DNA from: a virus
Lineage: Duplodnaviria > Heunggongvirae > Uroviricota > Caudoviricetes
DNA: 64,000 nt
IMG/VR virus record: IMGVR_UViG_2833096052_000002
Span: 38,750-102,749 of that record
Reading direction: 5' to 3' (one strand)
In this document: piece after piece, positions 1-9,690 of the stretch
How the letters are laid out: the number at the start of each line of letters is the position of its first letter
Numbering within the stretch: the first letter of the stretch is position 1
Translations under genes and position numbers: made by a program
Notes under the pieces: model-generated
Databases searched by the model: none
What the model was told of the DNA's origin: nothing
What the model saw: the letters and a program-made list of their open reading frames with translations, nothing else

Positions 1-208
1 TTAATTTTTCATAACATTTTCCTGTCATCATAAGTGTATTATTCACTAGCAGTATTTTCGTATTATCTGGTACAATTTTCATGCCGTATCTTTTCAACCA
101 CTTCTTGTTAATACGCTTTTTCTTGTGAGTTCTTCTTTGAACATCTTTAGTGATATACTCAGTTATGAGGATTTCATAACCTAAACCTTCAATTGTTTGT
201 ATATTCAT
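1..208 (-). CDS. hypothetical protein, N-terminal part only (runs off window start)
   Basis: ATG at about 208, open minus-strand frame to position 1 (MNIQTIEGLGYEILITEY...); absent from ORF track because truncated. Confidence 0.3.
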   Translation of the reverse strand, partial: MNIQTIEGLGYEILITEYITKDVQRRTHKKKRINKKWLKRYGMKIVPDNTKILLVNNTLMMTGKCYEKL

Positions 209-225
209 GGTTTATTCTCCTGTTT

Positions 226-627
226 CTATATATTCCAATTTTCTATATATTCCAATATCCAACTGTCGTATTTATTTTCTTTAATTAATTGCTGATATAA
301 ATTTATCCATTCTTGTGCTGAAAGACCTTTGTACTTCCAAACGCATTCTTTCCAATGTCTGTGTATAAAATGACCTCTTGTTTTTAACTCAATACATTTC
401 ACACATTTATCGTATAATTTCTTGGAATACCAATTCGATCTCCTTCTATTCCAGCCATTAATCCAGCCATCTATAAATGCTTCAGTCGAATCATATCTGC
501 TTCTCATATCAGTAAGAGTTCTGTCGTATAACTCAGTTTTTGCATTATATAAACAATGAAGCAGAAAATAGATGTCTTCATAATCATTTTTAAAATTCCA
601 TTCTTCAATATTTAAATCAAAATACAT
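226..627 (-). CDS. hypothetical protein (Trp-rich, 133 aa), ends with TAG
   Basis: ORF track; co-directional with neighbours; no recognisable motif. Confidence 0.4.
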   Translation of the reverse strand: MYFDLNIEEWNFKNDYEDIYFLLHCLYNAKTELYDRTLTDMRSRYDSTEAFIDGWINGWNRRRSNWYSKKLYDKCVKCIELKTRGHFIHRHWKECVWKYKGLSAQEWINLYQQLIKENKYDSWILEYIENWNI

Positions 628-1130
628 TGTTCTCCATTCTTCACTACATCAAACTTAATTGGCAACATAGCAGTGAATCTACTCTTCATCCAAGGCTTTT
701 CTTTTGTTGAAAATTCATCGCCAAACTCTTCTGCTAACACAAAATCTCCGACAGTATAGATGATAGAATATCCAGTTAAATCTTTTGGAATCTCTTTATT
801 TACATTACAGGTTTTAAGATGAATCATTTTATCTATGCACTCACCCATCAAATCTTGAAAGAATACAAACGTTCCATCACAATTGCAACGTTGCATTGTG
901 AAATATTCAAAATCTGCATCTGGATCATGCTTAATAATCACATTAAAATAAGGTTTATCACCTTTAAGATAAGGTACATCTGCTAAAATTGTTCCATTTT
1001 TGGTGTAATTAACAACTGTAAATAACTCTCGTATATCCTGCTCAATCATGGATTCATATTTATTATTTTCCATACCATTGCACTGACCTGACGCAATTCG
1101 TTCTTTTACAAATTCTAATGATTTACCCAT
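612..1130 (-). CDS. hypothetical protein (172 aa)
   Basis: ORF track; co-directional tight spacing. Confidence 0.45.
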   Translation of the reverse strand: MGKSLEFVKERIASGQCNGMENNKYESMIEQDIRELFTVVNYTKNGTILADVPYLKGDKPYFNVIIKHDPDADFEYFTMQRCNCDGTFVFFQDLMGECIDKMIHLKTCNVNKEIPKDLTGYSIIYTVGDFVLAEEFGDEFSTKEKPWMKSRFTAMLPIKFDVVKNGEQCILI

Positions 1131-1168
1131 TGTTATTCTCCTATTTACTCATTCTAAATACATTTGCA

Positions 1169-1645
1169 TCACCAACTGCCAAATCTTTTTTCTTCCACAA
1201 AAGAATTAAAATACTCATTATTCTTAAAATTATCTTCTAATGTTTCGGTAATAATATCATCTAACCGACCAAAGAATTTCACAGAAGGATAAAACGCTGG
1301 ATATTTCTTTGAACGGTATTTATTAACACTCCCTCTTAATACAGATAATCCATGTCTTCTACGCTTATTATTGTTCCAATGAATAGGATCAGCATAGAAA
1401 GCATTTTTGTTTCTTTCATACTCTTCTTTTTCTTCCTTCGCCAATCTGTCAAGTTCTTTTTCTCGTTCAGTTTTTGGACGAGGTTTCATAATTTCTTTGA
1501 CATTTTCTCGAATTTTATCATTCGCTTCTGCTTTTTCTGAATCACTCATCTTGTTATAGTTCATAGCAGCTTCTAAAAATATATTTTTCAATTTCTCACC
1601 TACTTTCATGACCAAAGGAAATGTGGTTTTCAATGGCTTTTTCAA
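1169..1645 (-). CDS. hypothetical Lys/Glu-rich protein; ORF-track start is TTG, an internal ATG at 1609 (MKVGEK) is an alternative start
   Basis: ORF track; charged coiled-coil-like composition. Confidence 0.4.
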   Translation of the reverse strand: MKKPLKTTFPLVMKVGEKLKNIFLEAAMNYNKMSDSEKAEANDKIRENVKEIMKPRPKTEREKELDRLAKEEKEEYERNKNAFYADPIHWNNNKRRRHGLSVLRGSVNKYRSKKYPAFYPSVKFFGRLDDIITETLEDNFKNNEYFNSFVEEKRFGSW

Positions 1646-1663
1646 CCTCTAAAAGCCTTGATT

Positions 1664-1981
1664 TTAGGGCATTTTAGAGATTGCTTTAAGTCGATAATAG
1701 AGATTACTTACAAATCCTTCTATCTCATTATGAATATTTGCCGTATCATCTTTCATATACTCAACATATAAGTAAGATAATGTATCTTCTTTATCTAATA
1801 AGAATTCTTCAAAGTTGTCTGATATAATATTCTCTGAAAAATAGTTAATAATTTCTTCTTTAATGCAATACTCATATGAATATTGTTTTAATAGTTTCTC
1901 ACTTGATAAGTCAGAATTGGTGACTAAATCACCAATCCAACTATTCATCTCTTCATTTAATCTTTGCGTTAGTTTATCCAT
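1664..1981 (-). CDS. hypothetical protein (105 aa)
   Basis: ORF track. Confidence 0.4.
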   Translation of the reverse strand: MDKLTQRLNEEMNSWIGDLVTNSDLSSEKLLKQYSYEYCIKEEIINYFSENIISDNFEEFLLDKEDTLSYLYVEYMKDDTANIHNEIEGFVSNLYYRLKAISKMP

Positions 1982-2589
1982 TTTAGTTTACTTTCACCTG
2001 TATAACCCTTTTCAAACTCGTACCACGCATAAGCGACCGCACTACCACCACCTGCTCTCATCTCATCAAAAAGAGCATTTTTTGCACATAAAATACGACT
2101 ACTTGAAACATAAACGCATTTTGGTGGATACTTCTTAAATAATTCCTTACGAGCTTTTCCTTCAAGGAACTGAACTTTAAGAAACATAAATACTCTGCAA
2201 CCATCAGGAATTAATGTCATTGCATGTTCAATAAATTCTTTTGCATATTTGTATGGGGGATTTGTTAAGATATCGCCATTCCAAGGCTGATTATATGTAA
2301 GAAAATCAATTCCACCTTCGCCATAACCTCTATCAATTAGATCGGTGGAACGAACTTCATAACCGAAGCTCTTTAATCTTTCAGATAAATGTCCCTCGCC
2401 ACAGGAACATTCCCAGATAGGTTTGTCAAATGTGACATTACCATCTTTCAATAAAACATCAATTGCAATAGGATCTGTCGCATAATAATCTTCATTCTGT
2501 CTTTCCTTATCAGTATGATTACTTGCACCTAAAGTCTTAAAAATACTATTCTTATTGCCTGTCCAATCTTTTTCTGTATTATTACTCAA
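1969..2589 (-). CDS. DNA methyltransferase (amino-MTase, N6-adenine/N4-cytosine type)
   Basis: motif IV 'ILTNPPY' (D/N-P-P-Y) and Gly-rich region typical of exocyclic amino DNA MTases. Confidence 0.7.
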   Translation of the reverse strand: MSNNTEKDWTGNKNSIFKTLGASNHTDKERQNEDYYATDPIAIDVLLKDGNVTFDKPIWECSCGEGHLSERLKSFGYEVRSTDLIDRGYGEGGIDFLTYNQPWNGDILTNPPYKYAKEFIEHAMTLIPDGCRVFMFLKVQFLEGKARKELFKKYPPKCVYVSSSRILCAKNALFDEMRAGGGSAVAYAWYEFEKGYTGESKLKWIN

Positions 2590-2678
2590 CTTTTGTTCAC
2601 CATTAGTAGCTGCGCAGCTTTACTCACATGTGAACGTTTTTCCTTTCCTTAATTGTAATTACGTTATTATATTCTCTG

Positions 2679-2876
2679 TTATTTCTTTCTTATGTCCCAT
2701 AAATAAGGACTGCTACATCCACAATTATGAATACCGTCTCCAAGAACACATCTTCTACAATCTTCGTATTCTTCATGTGTTCTACAATACTCTTTAACTG
2801 TATTTATAGCATTTATGATTTCTTCATTTATGGATTCTGGTTCAATATACTCTCTTTCTTCAATTCTCATAATCAA
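2679..2876 (-). CDS. small Cys-rich protein
   Basis: ORF track; CxxC / HNCGC cysteine clusters. Confidence 0.35.
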   Translation of the reverse strand: MIMRIEEREYIEPESINEEIINAINTVKEYCRTHEEYEDCRRCVLGDGIHNCGCSSPYLWDIRKK

Positions 2877-2940
2877 TCACCTTTGTCCTAAATATTGTAC
2901 AGTTTTCGTTACAAGCCAAGAAACCAAAATTTCTTCTTAA

Positions 2941-3375
2941 TTACTCTCTGCTATACAGACCAGTACTTTCTTCTTCATCCAATTTGTTTAACAATGTAAT
3001 ACTCATTCTAAACATAATATTAGTATCATCTAAATTACAACTATGAAACCAAACAATCGGCATATTGGCATCATTATCTTTTCTGTTATACAATCCATCC
3101 TTAATGATATTTTCAATAAATTTGTAAATCTCTTTATAAGAACACTTATTTAAAGGAATGGTATATTCTTTGAGATCTGATAATAAATCAACCTTTTGCT
3201 TTGTATATGGATTATATGCTTCGTCTGTATCTCCGAGCCAATTATATCTACACTCTAAATGTGCATATAAATTTTCATCAATGTCATAAAACGCTTGCTG
3301 AATTGCTTCAAAAATAATATCTTCTACTAAATTTGTTCTTGAATTTTTATCAAATTTGTTACTTGTTGTGTACAT
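2941..3375 (-). CDS. hypothetical protein (144 aa)
   Basis: ORF track. Confidence 0.4.
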   Translation of the reverse strand: MYTTSNKFDKNSRTNLVEDIIFEAIQQAFYDIDENLYAHLECRYNWLGDTDEAYNPYTKQKVDLLSDLKEYTIPLNKCSYKEIYKFIENIIKDGLYNRKDNDANMPIVWFHSCNLDDTNIMFRMSITLLNKLDEEESTGLYSRE

Positions 3376-3388
3376 TTATGTATTCTCC

Positions 3389-3712
3389 TTATCTTCTACA
3401 TCTCACACTTCCACCAGCATCTATATCACCTGATACGTTACCACAAGTTACAGAACCACCTGCGTCTACATCTCCTTTGACATCCCCACTGACTTCACAA
3501 CTACCACCGCAATTAATACTTCCTGAATTGCCGTGAACTTCTACTGAACCACTGCAATCAATTTTATTTACATCTCCTTCGATGACAACTTTAATATTAT
3601 CACTGCCACATTTCTGAATAGTCTTGTCATCCACAATTGCATTTCCATTATTGATGACTACATTACTTCCTGAGCAAGTGATAGTTTTGACATTAATCGT
3701 AATTCTGTTCAT
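3389..3712 (-). CDS. Gly/Val repeat beta-helix protein, bactofilin-like
   Basis: tandem short repeats GxVxGxVxxGGSV (e.g. SGDVKGDVDAGGSVTCGNVSGDIDAGGSV) resembling bactofilin/DUF583 repeats. Confidence 0.35.
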   Translation of the reverse strand: MNRITINVKTITCSGSNVVINNGNAIVDDKTIQKCGSDNIKVVIEGDVNKIDCSGSVEVHGNSGSINCGGSCEVSGDVKGDVDAGGSVTCGNVSGDIDAGGSVRCRR

Positions 3713-3740
3713 ATTTTTATCCTTTCCTTATATTTACTCT

Positions 3741-4070
3741 CTATTCAATCTTGACGTTCGCCAATCTTTTATGACTTAAAACATTTAGTGTATCTTCAAT
3801 ACCTTCATAATAAGCAGACTGTTTATCAACATCGTGGTAATTTCTTGCCTTATCAAATACCTCTTTTATGTACTTCTCTTCATCTTTCTTATCTATGGAT
3901 AATCGCTTGATTTTATCAATGCAATCATTACATATATCTAAGCTGTTAAATAACTTATTCCAAATTCGACAGCCATTAATGTATCTTTTAGCAATTCCTG
4001 TAATATCAAGTTCAAAACCAGGAATTCTATTTCCACAAATATCACACACTCGATAGTTTACTTTTGACAC
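3741..4070 (-). CDS. zinc-ribbon protein
   Basis: CDICGN...CNDC cysteine pairs. Confidence 0.4.
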   Translation of the reverse strand: MSKVNYRVCDICGNRIPGFELDITGIAKRYINGCRIWNKLFNSLDICNDCIDKIKRLSIDKKDEEKYIKEVFDKARNYHDVDKQSAYYEGIEDTLNVLSHKRLANVKIE

Positions 4071-4074
4071 TCAA

Positions 4075-4347
4075 TCACCTCTTGTTCTTGTCCATAAATT
4101 CATTTAGAATGTTATTCTTTTCGTCATCACCATAAGAAATACACCAATATTTTTGTAGCTTTAACACATGCTGTACTTGCTCTTTTGAAAACAGATATAA
4201 ATGATCAGTTACAACCTCAATTCTTTTACTTCTATCTGGATGACAATTACCTCCAAAAAGACACTGACATTCGCTTATGTTATATTCACAAATTGGGCAT
4301 TGTTTTGTATTCTTTTTCGTTTTGAATAATCTAAACAACATTTTCAC
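4075..4347 (-). CDS. small Cys-rich protein
   Basis: CPICEY...CQC motif. Confidence 0.35.
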   Translation of the reverse strand: MKMLFRLFKTKKNTKQCPICEYNISECQCLFGGNCHPDRSKRIEVVTDHLYLFSKEQVQHVLKLQKYWCISYGDDEKNNILNEFMDKNKR

Positions 4348-4394
4348 CTCCTATGACCACATGAAATATCGCTTTAATTAGATTGTTATTTTTT

Positions 4395-4742
4395 TCAACC
4401 TATAACAACAATTAATCCTTCTAAATCATTATTCTCCAATAGTTCTTCTAACAATGTTTCGTTATCGGTCATCGACTTTTGCATTTTTAGAATCTCATCT
4501 TTTGTATAATACAAAATAATCCAATCCCAACCATAAGTATCATCTGAACAATACTCCTTATAAAAGTCAGAGTCAGTATCTATTGTCCATGCTTCGATAT
4601 TCTTATAATTTTTATCCCATTTGACTGCACATTTATGACCTAATCTGTCAAATTCAGTGAAGATAAATGGCATTCCTGCATATTTCCCATCGTTAATTTT
4701 CTTACCTGTTTTCGGTGAATAAAAATTATAATAAACCCCCAT
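4395..4742 (-). CDS. hypothetical protein (115 aa)
   Basis: ORF track; start abuts stop of upstream gene. Confidence 0.4.
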   Translation of the reverse strand: MGVYYNFYSPKTGKKINDGKYAGMPFIFTEFDRLGHKCAVKWDKNYKNIEAWTIDTDSDFYKEYCSDDTYGWDWIILYYTKDEILKMQKSMTDNETLLEELLENNDLEGLIVVIG

Positions 4743-5249
4743 TTACTCAACCTCCCTCAAAATCTCTTTAGGGCAATAAATAATCTTCTTGCCTGCTTTC
4801 TGTGTTTTACGAATTGTTGACCAAACACCACCTGATTTATTACCATCCCAAATTGCAAGAAGTACATCACAATGATCAACCATATATTGATCTCTTACAT
4901 TATCACAACCTTTATAGAATTCATCTGATAATTCAACCCATTCACTTGCTTTCAATTTTAAAAATTTATAATATTTGTGTGATGAGTTATAGTTTTTACA
5001 AGGAAGAATACAATGTAATTTAATACTATTTATATAATTCATTGATACTCCTGTAATAGCAAATGCAATATCGCTTCCTGAAGCCATTCCTGTATATAAA
5101 TCAAGTAGCTCATTATTATCTCTACAAGTCTTTATAAAATTACTCAATTCATCTATAATCCAATGCTGAATTGGAATCCATTTTTCATCTGTTTCATCTT
5201 CTGGTAATCCTAATCTCTGAGGTCTATGACCTGTTAATGCTACTCTCAT
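4743..5249 (-). CDS. SLOG-superfamily protein, DUF1273 / YoqJ-like
   Basis: N-terminus MRVALTGHRPQ... matches the DUF1273 'GHRP' signature (SPbeta YoqJ family). Confidence 0.55.
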   Translation of the reverse strand: MRVALTGHRPQRLGLPEDETDEKWIPIQHWIIDELSNFIKTCRDNNELLDLYTGMASGSDIAFAITGVSMNYINSIKLHCILPCKNYNSSHKYYKFLKLKASEWVELSDEFYKGCDNVRDQYMVDHCDVLLAIWDGNKSGGVWSTIRKTQKAGKKIIYCPKEILREVE

Positions 5250-5259
5250 ATTCTCTCCT

Positions 5260-5661
5260 TTAATCAGTTAATATCAAATGCATATACTGTCCTACATGAC
5301 TGCCAAACTCTTCTTTTAAATCGTGACCACCAATCACAAGTTCATCAATATAAAACCCTGTGATTGTCCATTCAGAATATCCAGTATAATGCCCTTGTGT
5401 TAGTAGATTTCCTGTAAGCATATAACTGTCAAAGTTCATCTGTGCTTCTTCTAAGGTACATTTTTCATCAGAAAACCAACAGCATAGATTCGCATTTGAA
5501 ATCATTGTGATTTTCTCACCAAGTCCTTTGTTTATATATGCATAATTGAAATAATTCATAATAGATTCTGTTATTGGTTTATAGTAATCATCAATTTCTT
5601 TAGCTAATCCTAAATTTCCTTCGCTATTACGTCCTATCCATCCTTGTAATATTAATTCCAT
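5260..5661 (-). CDS. hypothetical protein (133 aa)
   Basis: ORF track; RBS GAGGTG 6 nt upstream of ATG. Confidence 0.4.
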   Translation of the reverse strand: MELILQGWIGRNSEGNLGLAKEIDDYYKPITESIMNYFNYAYINKGLGEKITMISNANLCCWFSDEKCTLEEAQMNFDSYMLTGNLLTQGHYTGYSEWTITGFYIDELVIGGHDLKEEFGSHVGQYMHLILTD

Positions 5662-5773
5662 TTTTCACCTCACACTTAATTATTCTCCATTTAATTTTCA
5701 CAATCTAATGAAAGACGGCTTTATTGTTAAATTTGACACCCCAAAAGCCTTATTTTTAGGCACTTTTTGAAGT

Positions 5774-5968
5774 TCAATTTTTCTCAATTTTATATTTAAA
5801 CGACAATGGGCAGCCGAAACCTAATTCGCCACCCAAACATGGATAGTCATTCTCATCACCAGTTATAAAACTGCAACCATATTCACGATACCCAGTGTCG
5901 CTTTCATAGTATGTCGTTTCACAGTAATCACAATTTTCATAATTGTTTTCGTAGATTTCTTCTTCCAT
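5774..5968 (-). CDS. small acidic Cys-containing protein
   Basis: ORF track. Confidence 0.3.
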   Translation of the reverse strand: MEEEIYENNYENCDYCETTYYESDTGYREYGCSFITGDENDYPCLGGELGFGCPLSFKYKIEKN

Positions 5969-5971
5969 AGG

Positions 5972-6559
5972 CTATACCTGCTTGTCTGCAATGCACTTAA
6001 TATTATTCTCTATCTGTCTGTAAGTTTCATTTGTACCAAGAATATTAAGCACTGCATTTGATAACATGCTCTTCGTTGAATTATCAAAAGTCTCTTTCAT
6101 CGTCTTATTAACCTGTTTACGAATATCATCCATGAATTTATCAAGATCTTTTTTAATCATGTCATCAAAATCAAACTGTCTGTTGATATATTCCTCAAAT
6201 GATACATTTTCAAAATCATCATTATATGAACTTGTGTGTCCTTTCTTCTTAGCTCTAAGCTTTTTAGAATCAAGTCTTTCTTTTAATTCCTTCTTAATAT
6301 ACTGTTCTACTGTATATTCCTTTTCTTCTGTATCGTCCCAATAATCTCCACCAACTTTGATTTTGGTATTTGCTATGTATTCATCAACAAAACGCTGAAA
6401 ATTCTCAGATACCTCATCTGCAATTACTTTCTTAGAAAGATCGTCTGCCACCTTTCTAACAGTTCCTTCAATCTGTTCTTTAACAATATTCTCAATGTTT
6501 TTCTCCATTGTTGTCTGAACAAGTGTTTCTAAGTTTTCCATATCAATCGTTACTTTCAT
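5972..6559 (-). CDS. hypothetical acidic/charged protein (195 aa), TAG stop
   Basis: ORF track. Confidence 0.45.
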   Translation of the reverse strand: MKVTIDMENLETLVQTTMEKNIENIVKEQIEGTVRKVADDLSKKVIADEVSENFQRFVDEYIANTKIKVGGDYWDDTEEKEYTVEQYIKKELKERLDSKKLRAKKKGHTSSYNDDFENVSFEEYINRQFDFDDMIKKDLDKFMDDIRKQVNKTMKETFDNSTKSMLSNAVLNILGTNETYRQIENNIKCIADKQV

Positions 6560-6811
6560 ATAATCATTCTCCTTTTCTTAAAATGAAATGCGAGTTCATT
6601 GCTTATTATATTCTGTCCAAATAAACAAAATAATCAGCCTTATAATGGATATCATCTATGTATTTATCGAAATTTTTCTTAACATACCAAGCATAAGGAC
6701 TAATCCCATTATTCATTTGTTCTGATAATTCATATGCTTTTCTCTGATGTTCATTAGCTTCATTTTGCATAGATATTTTTTGAGAATCCCATATAAGATT
6801 TTGAATTGAAT

Positions 6812-6994
6812 CTACACACTTCTATACATCTCAGACTCTTTTATGTATTCTCTTATCACTTTTGTCATTTTGAGAATATTGTCTTTTAATATCGGCTCAT
6901 TGCTAAGTTCATATGGATATAGGATTAAAACTCTAGTATCAGTACATCCCATTGGTATTAATTCCTGTACACAAAACTTTTGTTTTTCTACCAA
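6812..6994 (-). CDS. small hypothetical protein, TTG start with GGAGG 7 nt upstream
   Basis: ORF track plus RBS spacing. Confidence 0.3.
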   Translation of the reverse strand: MVEKQKFCVQELIPMGCTDTRVLILYPYELSNEPILKDNILKMTKVIREYIKESEMYRSV

Positions 6995-7012
6995 ATAATC
7001 ACCTCCAAGTAT

Positions 7013-7744
7013 TTATTCTCTTATCTCAAATAACTTTTCTACTGCTTTTTCACCTGTAACTCTATCTGACTTCTGCAACACTTTACGTTCTTTCTGCCAA
7101 ATACATTTAAAATCATCAGGCATATTATATTCACTTATTAACACTATATTATTCTCTGAAAGTTTACGAAGAAAATCGTAAAAAGAATCGTAGTCAATTG
7201 ACTGTTTAGAATACTGTTTTGTATCTTTGTAAGGTGGATCAAAATAAAATACGCAGTTTTTATAATCTGAGAAATTCTGATAATCACAGCACATAAATTC
7301 AATATCATTTAAATTCGGTGCTTGTTCCTTGAAATTATTTAATCTCTCATTATAAATGCTTCTGCCACCCTTTGAATCTCTACCATAGCCCCCATCAAAG
7401 TATCTGCCACCATAGCTTGCCATATATCCAATCAATGCAATATATTCTGGTGAATACTTATGAGTTTCAAGTTTTCTATCTTCTCTGACCTCTGCGTAAT
7501 GCTCAAATGTACATAATTCAGGTGCAATAGATAAGCTGTTGTCTGTCTAAGCATATTTCAACAAAGCAATCAACTCTTCATTAATATCTGCTCCAATTCT
7601 CTTATCACATTTAATTTTATCAATAAGATTAGCTCCGCCACACATAGGTTCTATGTAAGTTTTAATATTATTATCATCAATATACTTCTGAATAATTGGC
7701 ACTAAAAATTTTGCCAACCTGTTTTTACTTCCTTGATATACCAT
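7013..7744 (-). pseudogene. dam: Dam-type DNA adenine methyltransferase interrupted by one in-frame TAG (at 7547..7549)
   Basis: N-part (7547..7744) carries YQGSK and EPMCGGANL (motif X/I). C-part (7013..7435) carries FYFDPPY (motif IV). Both are in the same frame, and the 37 codons between them are open with a single TAG separating them. Confidence 0.65.
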
Positions 7745-7812
7745 TTAATTACTTGGAGTAAGGAATTCCTTCTTGTGTACACGAACCTCGTCTCCTTTCA
7801 TTATTTTTATTT

Positions 7813-8019
7813 TTAATAAAATGCTTCCGACATTGAATCTCCAAGTCTTACAAGATTCTCTACTTCCTTATCAGACATAGAATTAATTTCTTCGGTCGAA
7901 AAAGTCTCTTTAATTGCAAAATATGAATTATACCAATTTTCATCACATCCCATACTGTTTCTCGCTGTGGTCAATACTGGTTTCTTAATATATTCTAATA
8001 ATTTTTCTTTCTCAGTCAT
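7813..8019 (-). CDS. hypothetical protein (68 aa)
   Basis: ORF track. Confidence 0.3.
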   Translation of the reverse strand: MTEKEKLLEYIKKPVLTTARNSMGCDENWYNSYFAIKETFSTEEINSMSDKEVENLVRLGDSMSEAFY

Positions 8020-8047
8020 TACATGCTCCTTTCAATGTATTATTCTC

Positions 8048-8488
8048 TTAATAGATTTCTGTCCATTCACTAATTTCTACTTTATTATCAGGATAGCCAG
8101 ATAAACTCCATTCATTGTCGTTATATACTACTTTCCACATAGCATTTTCTCCATGTGGATTACCTTTAATTTTGCCATAATATAATCCTGAACATAGTGG
8201 TAATTCTTCTTCTGTTTTTCTCCAAATTGGCTTTTCATATACTTTATTAATATCGTCTACTGCTTTTGCCAAACCTGTCATTATATTTGTAAAATATTTA
8301 TCCTCTGTTTCAAGCATAGAATCAAAATAACTCTTCATAATGTTTAAGAGATTTTTTGTAAACTTTTCAGATGTATCATTCATTCCAAGTATGTAATCAC
8401 GATTAATCTTAAAATCAATTCCAAGTCCAATAAATGCTCCCACACAAAGTCCTAATAATCCAATTAATACTGTTAAATAAATATCCAT
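8048..8488 (-). CDS. membrane-anchored protein
   Basis: N-terminal hydrophobic helix MDIYLTVLIGLLGLCVGAFIGLGI. Confidence 0.4.
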   Translation of the reverse strand: MDIYLTVLIGLLGLCVGAFIGLGIDFKINRDYILGMNDTSEKFTKNLLNIMKSYFDSMLETEDKYFTNIMTGLAKAVDDINKVYEKPIWRKTEEELPLCSGLYYGKIKGNPHGENAMWKVVYNDNEWSLSGYPDNKVEISEWTEIY

Positions 8489-8541
8489 ATTTGACCTCTC
8501 TTTCTTATCATCCGAAGGAATCTTCGGCTTACTGTTACTTT

Positions 8542-8952
8542 TTAATATTCAATATTACTTAAAAACTCTTCCAAAGTAACAACATCTTCATTATATTCAG
8601 AACCATCTTCTCTTTTAAACCATTTACCACCATCAATATGAACACCTATCATTACATTAATATTATCTAAGTTTGCTTCTATAATATCTTTGTAAATTGT
8701 TGTAATAAGCTCAACACCTTTCTTATCAAATGTAATATCATCGCAACGCACATTTAAAAGATTATCATCTAAAAATTCAGTATAGACATCACAGTTATCA
8801 TAATCAAAAACTTTATCATATAATGTTTCTTCCAATTCTTCACTATATTCATCTAATTCGTCTTCATCGCTAATATTTACTATTTCAATTGCAATTAATA
8901 ATTCCGCTTCTGTATTATCCTTTAGCTCAATTCCCTTAAATTTCATATTCAA
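8542..8952 (-). CDS. acidic hypothetical protein
   Basis: ORF track; very acidic composition. Confidence 0.4.
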   Translation of the reverse strand: MNMKFKGIELKDNTEAELLIAIEIVNISDEDELDEYSEELEETLYDKVFDYDNCDVYTEFLDDNLLNVRCDDITFDKKGVELITTIYKDIIEANLDNINVMIGVHIDGGKWFKREDGSEYNEDVVTLEEFLSNIEY

Positions 8953-9248
8953 TTATTCTCCTTTATTAATTCAAAATTTTACTCAATTTCTTCACAACTT
9001 CTTCGCAAAATCTATACAAACAAGTCTTCTTAAATGCTATTCTCAAATCATCAACAACTTGTCTATATTGCTGACATAATTCGTTGTCTATCATGTTATT
9101 CTCCGAATATTCATTATGTTATGCCCACTTACACCATATAAAGGGTTCGAACCTAGTACAGCCCCACTGACACATAAATCACCAACTAGTATCCACATTT
9201 ATGTCGTTGTTAATCTGAATTGAACAGCCCTACAATAATGAATCATCA

Positions 9249-9530
9249 CTAATCAATATCAGCAATGCTTTCTACAAAACAGTTATAATAGATATATCTC
9301 TTGCCATTGAAATCAAATTTGACATATCCTCCATCATTTGTATCAATATCAATCTTGCCCTCATATGTTGCAAGTTCTTTACCATCTGCCGTATATACAG
9401 TAATTGTTCTCTGCATACCACCATTTATATCACTTTTCATATCTGTTACCATTCTGTCCCATGACGCACATCCAGTCATTCCAAAACATAATGTCAATCC
9501 TAATACAACTGCTAAAATTTTCTTCTTCAT
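9249..9530 (-). CDS. small lipoprotein
   Basis: signal peptide MKKKILAVVLGLTLCFGMTGC with lipobox-like Cys. Confidence 0.5.
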   Translation of the reverse strand: MKKKILAVVLGLTLCFGMTGCASWDRMVTDMKSDINGGMQRTITVYTADGKELATYEGKIDIDTNDGGYVKFDFNGKRYIYYNCFVESIADID

Positions 9531-9690
9531 ATGGTTTATTCCTTCTCCTTCAATACAAGAATTGCTTTATAGTATCTACTATTACATGAACTGGATTCTA
9601 CTTTGTATCCATCATCTAAATAATCATTCATTGCATTTTCAAAATCATTGCTGTTTTCCATTTCTAAAATTACACAATTCTTCATATAAT

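Noticed and set aside
9140-9160. GGTTCGAACC palindrome resembling a tRNA T-loop
   Set aside because: No acceptor, D or anticodon stems can be drawn around it on either strand; likely just a 10-bp palindrome (possible protein-binding site) in an intergenic region
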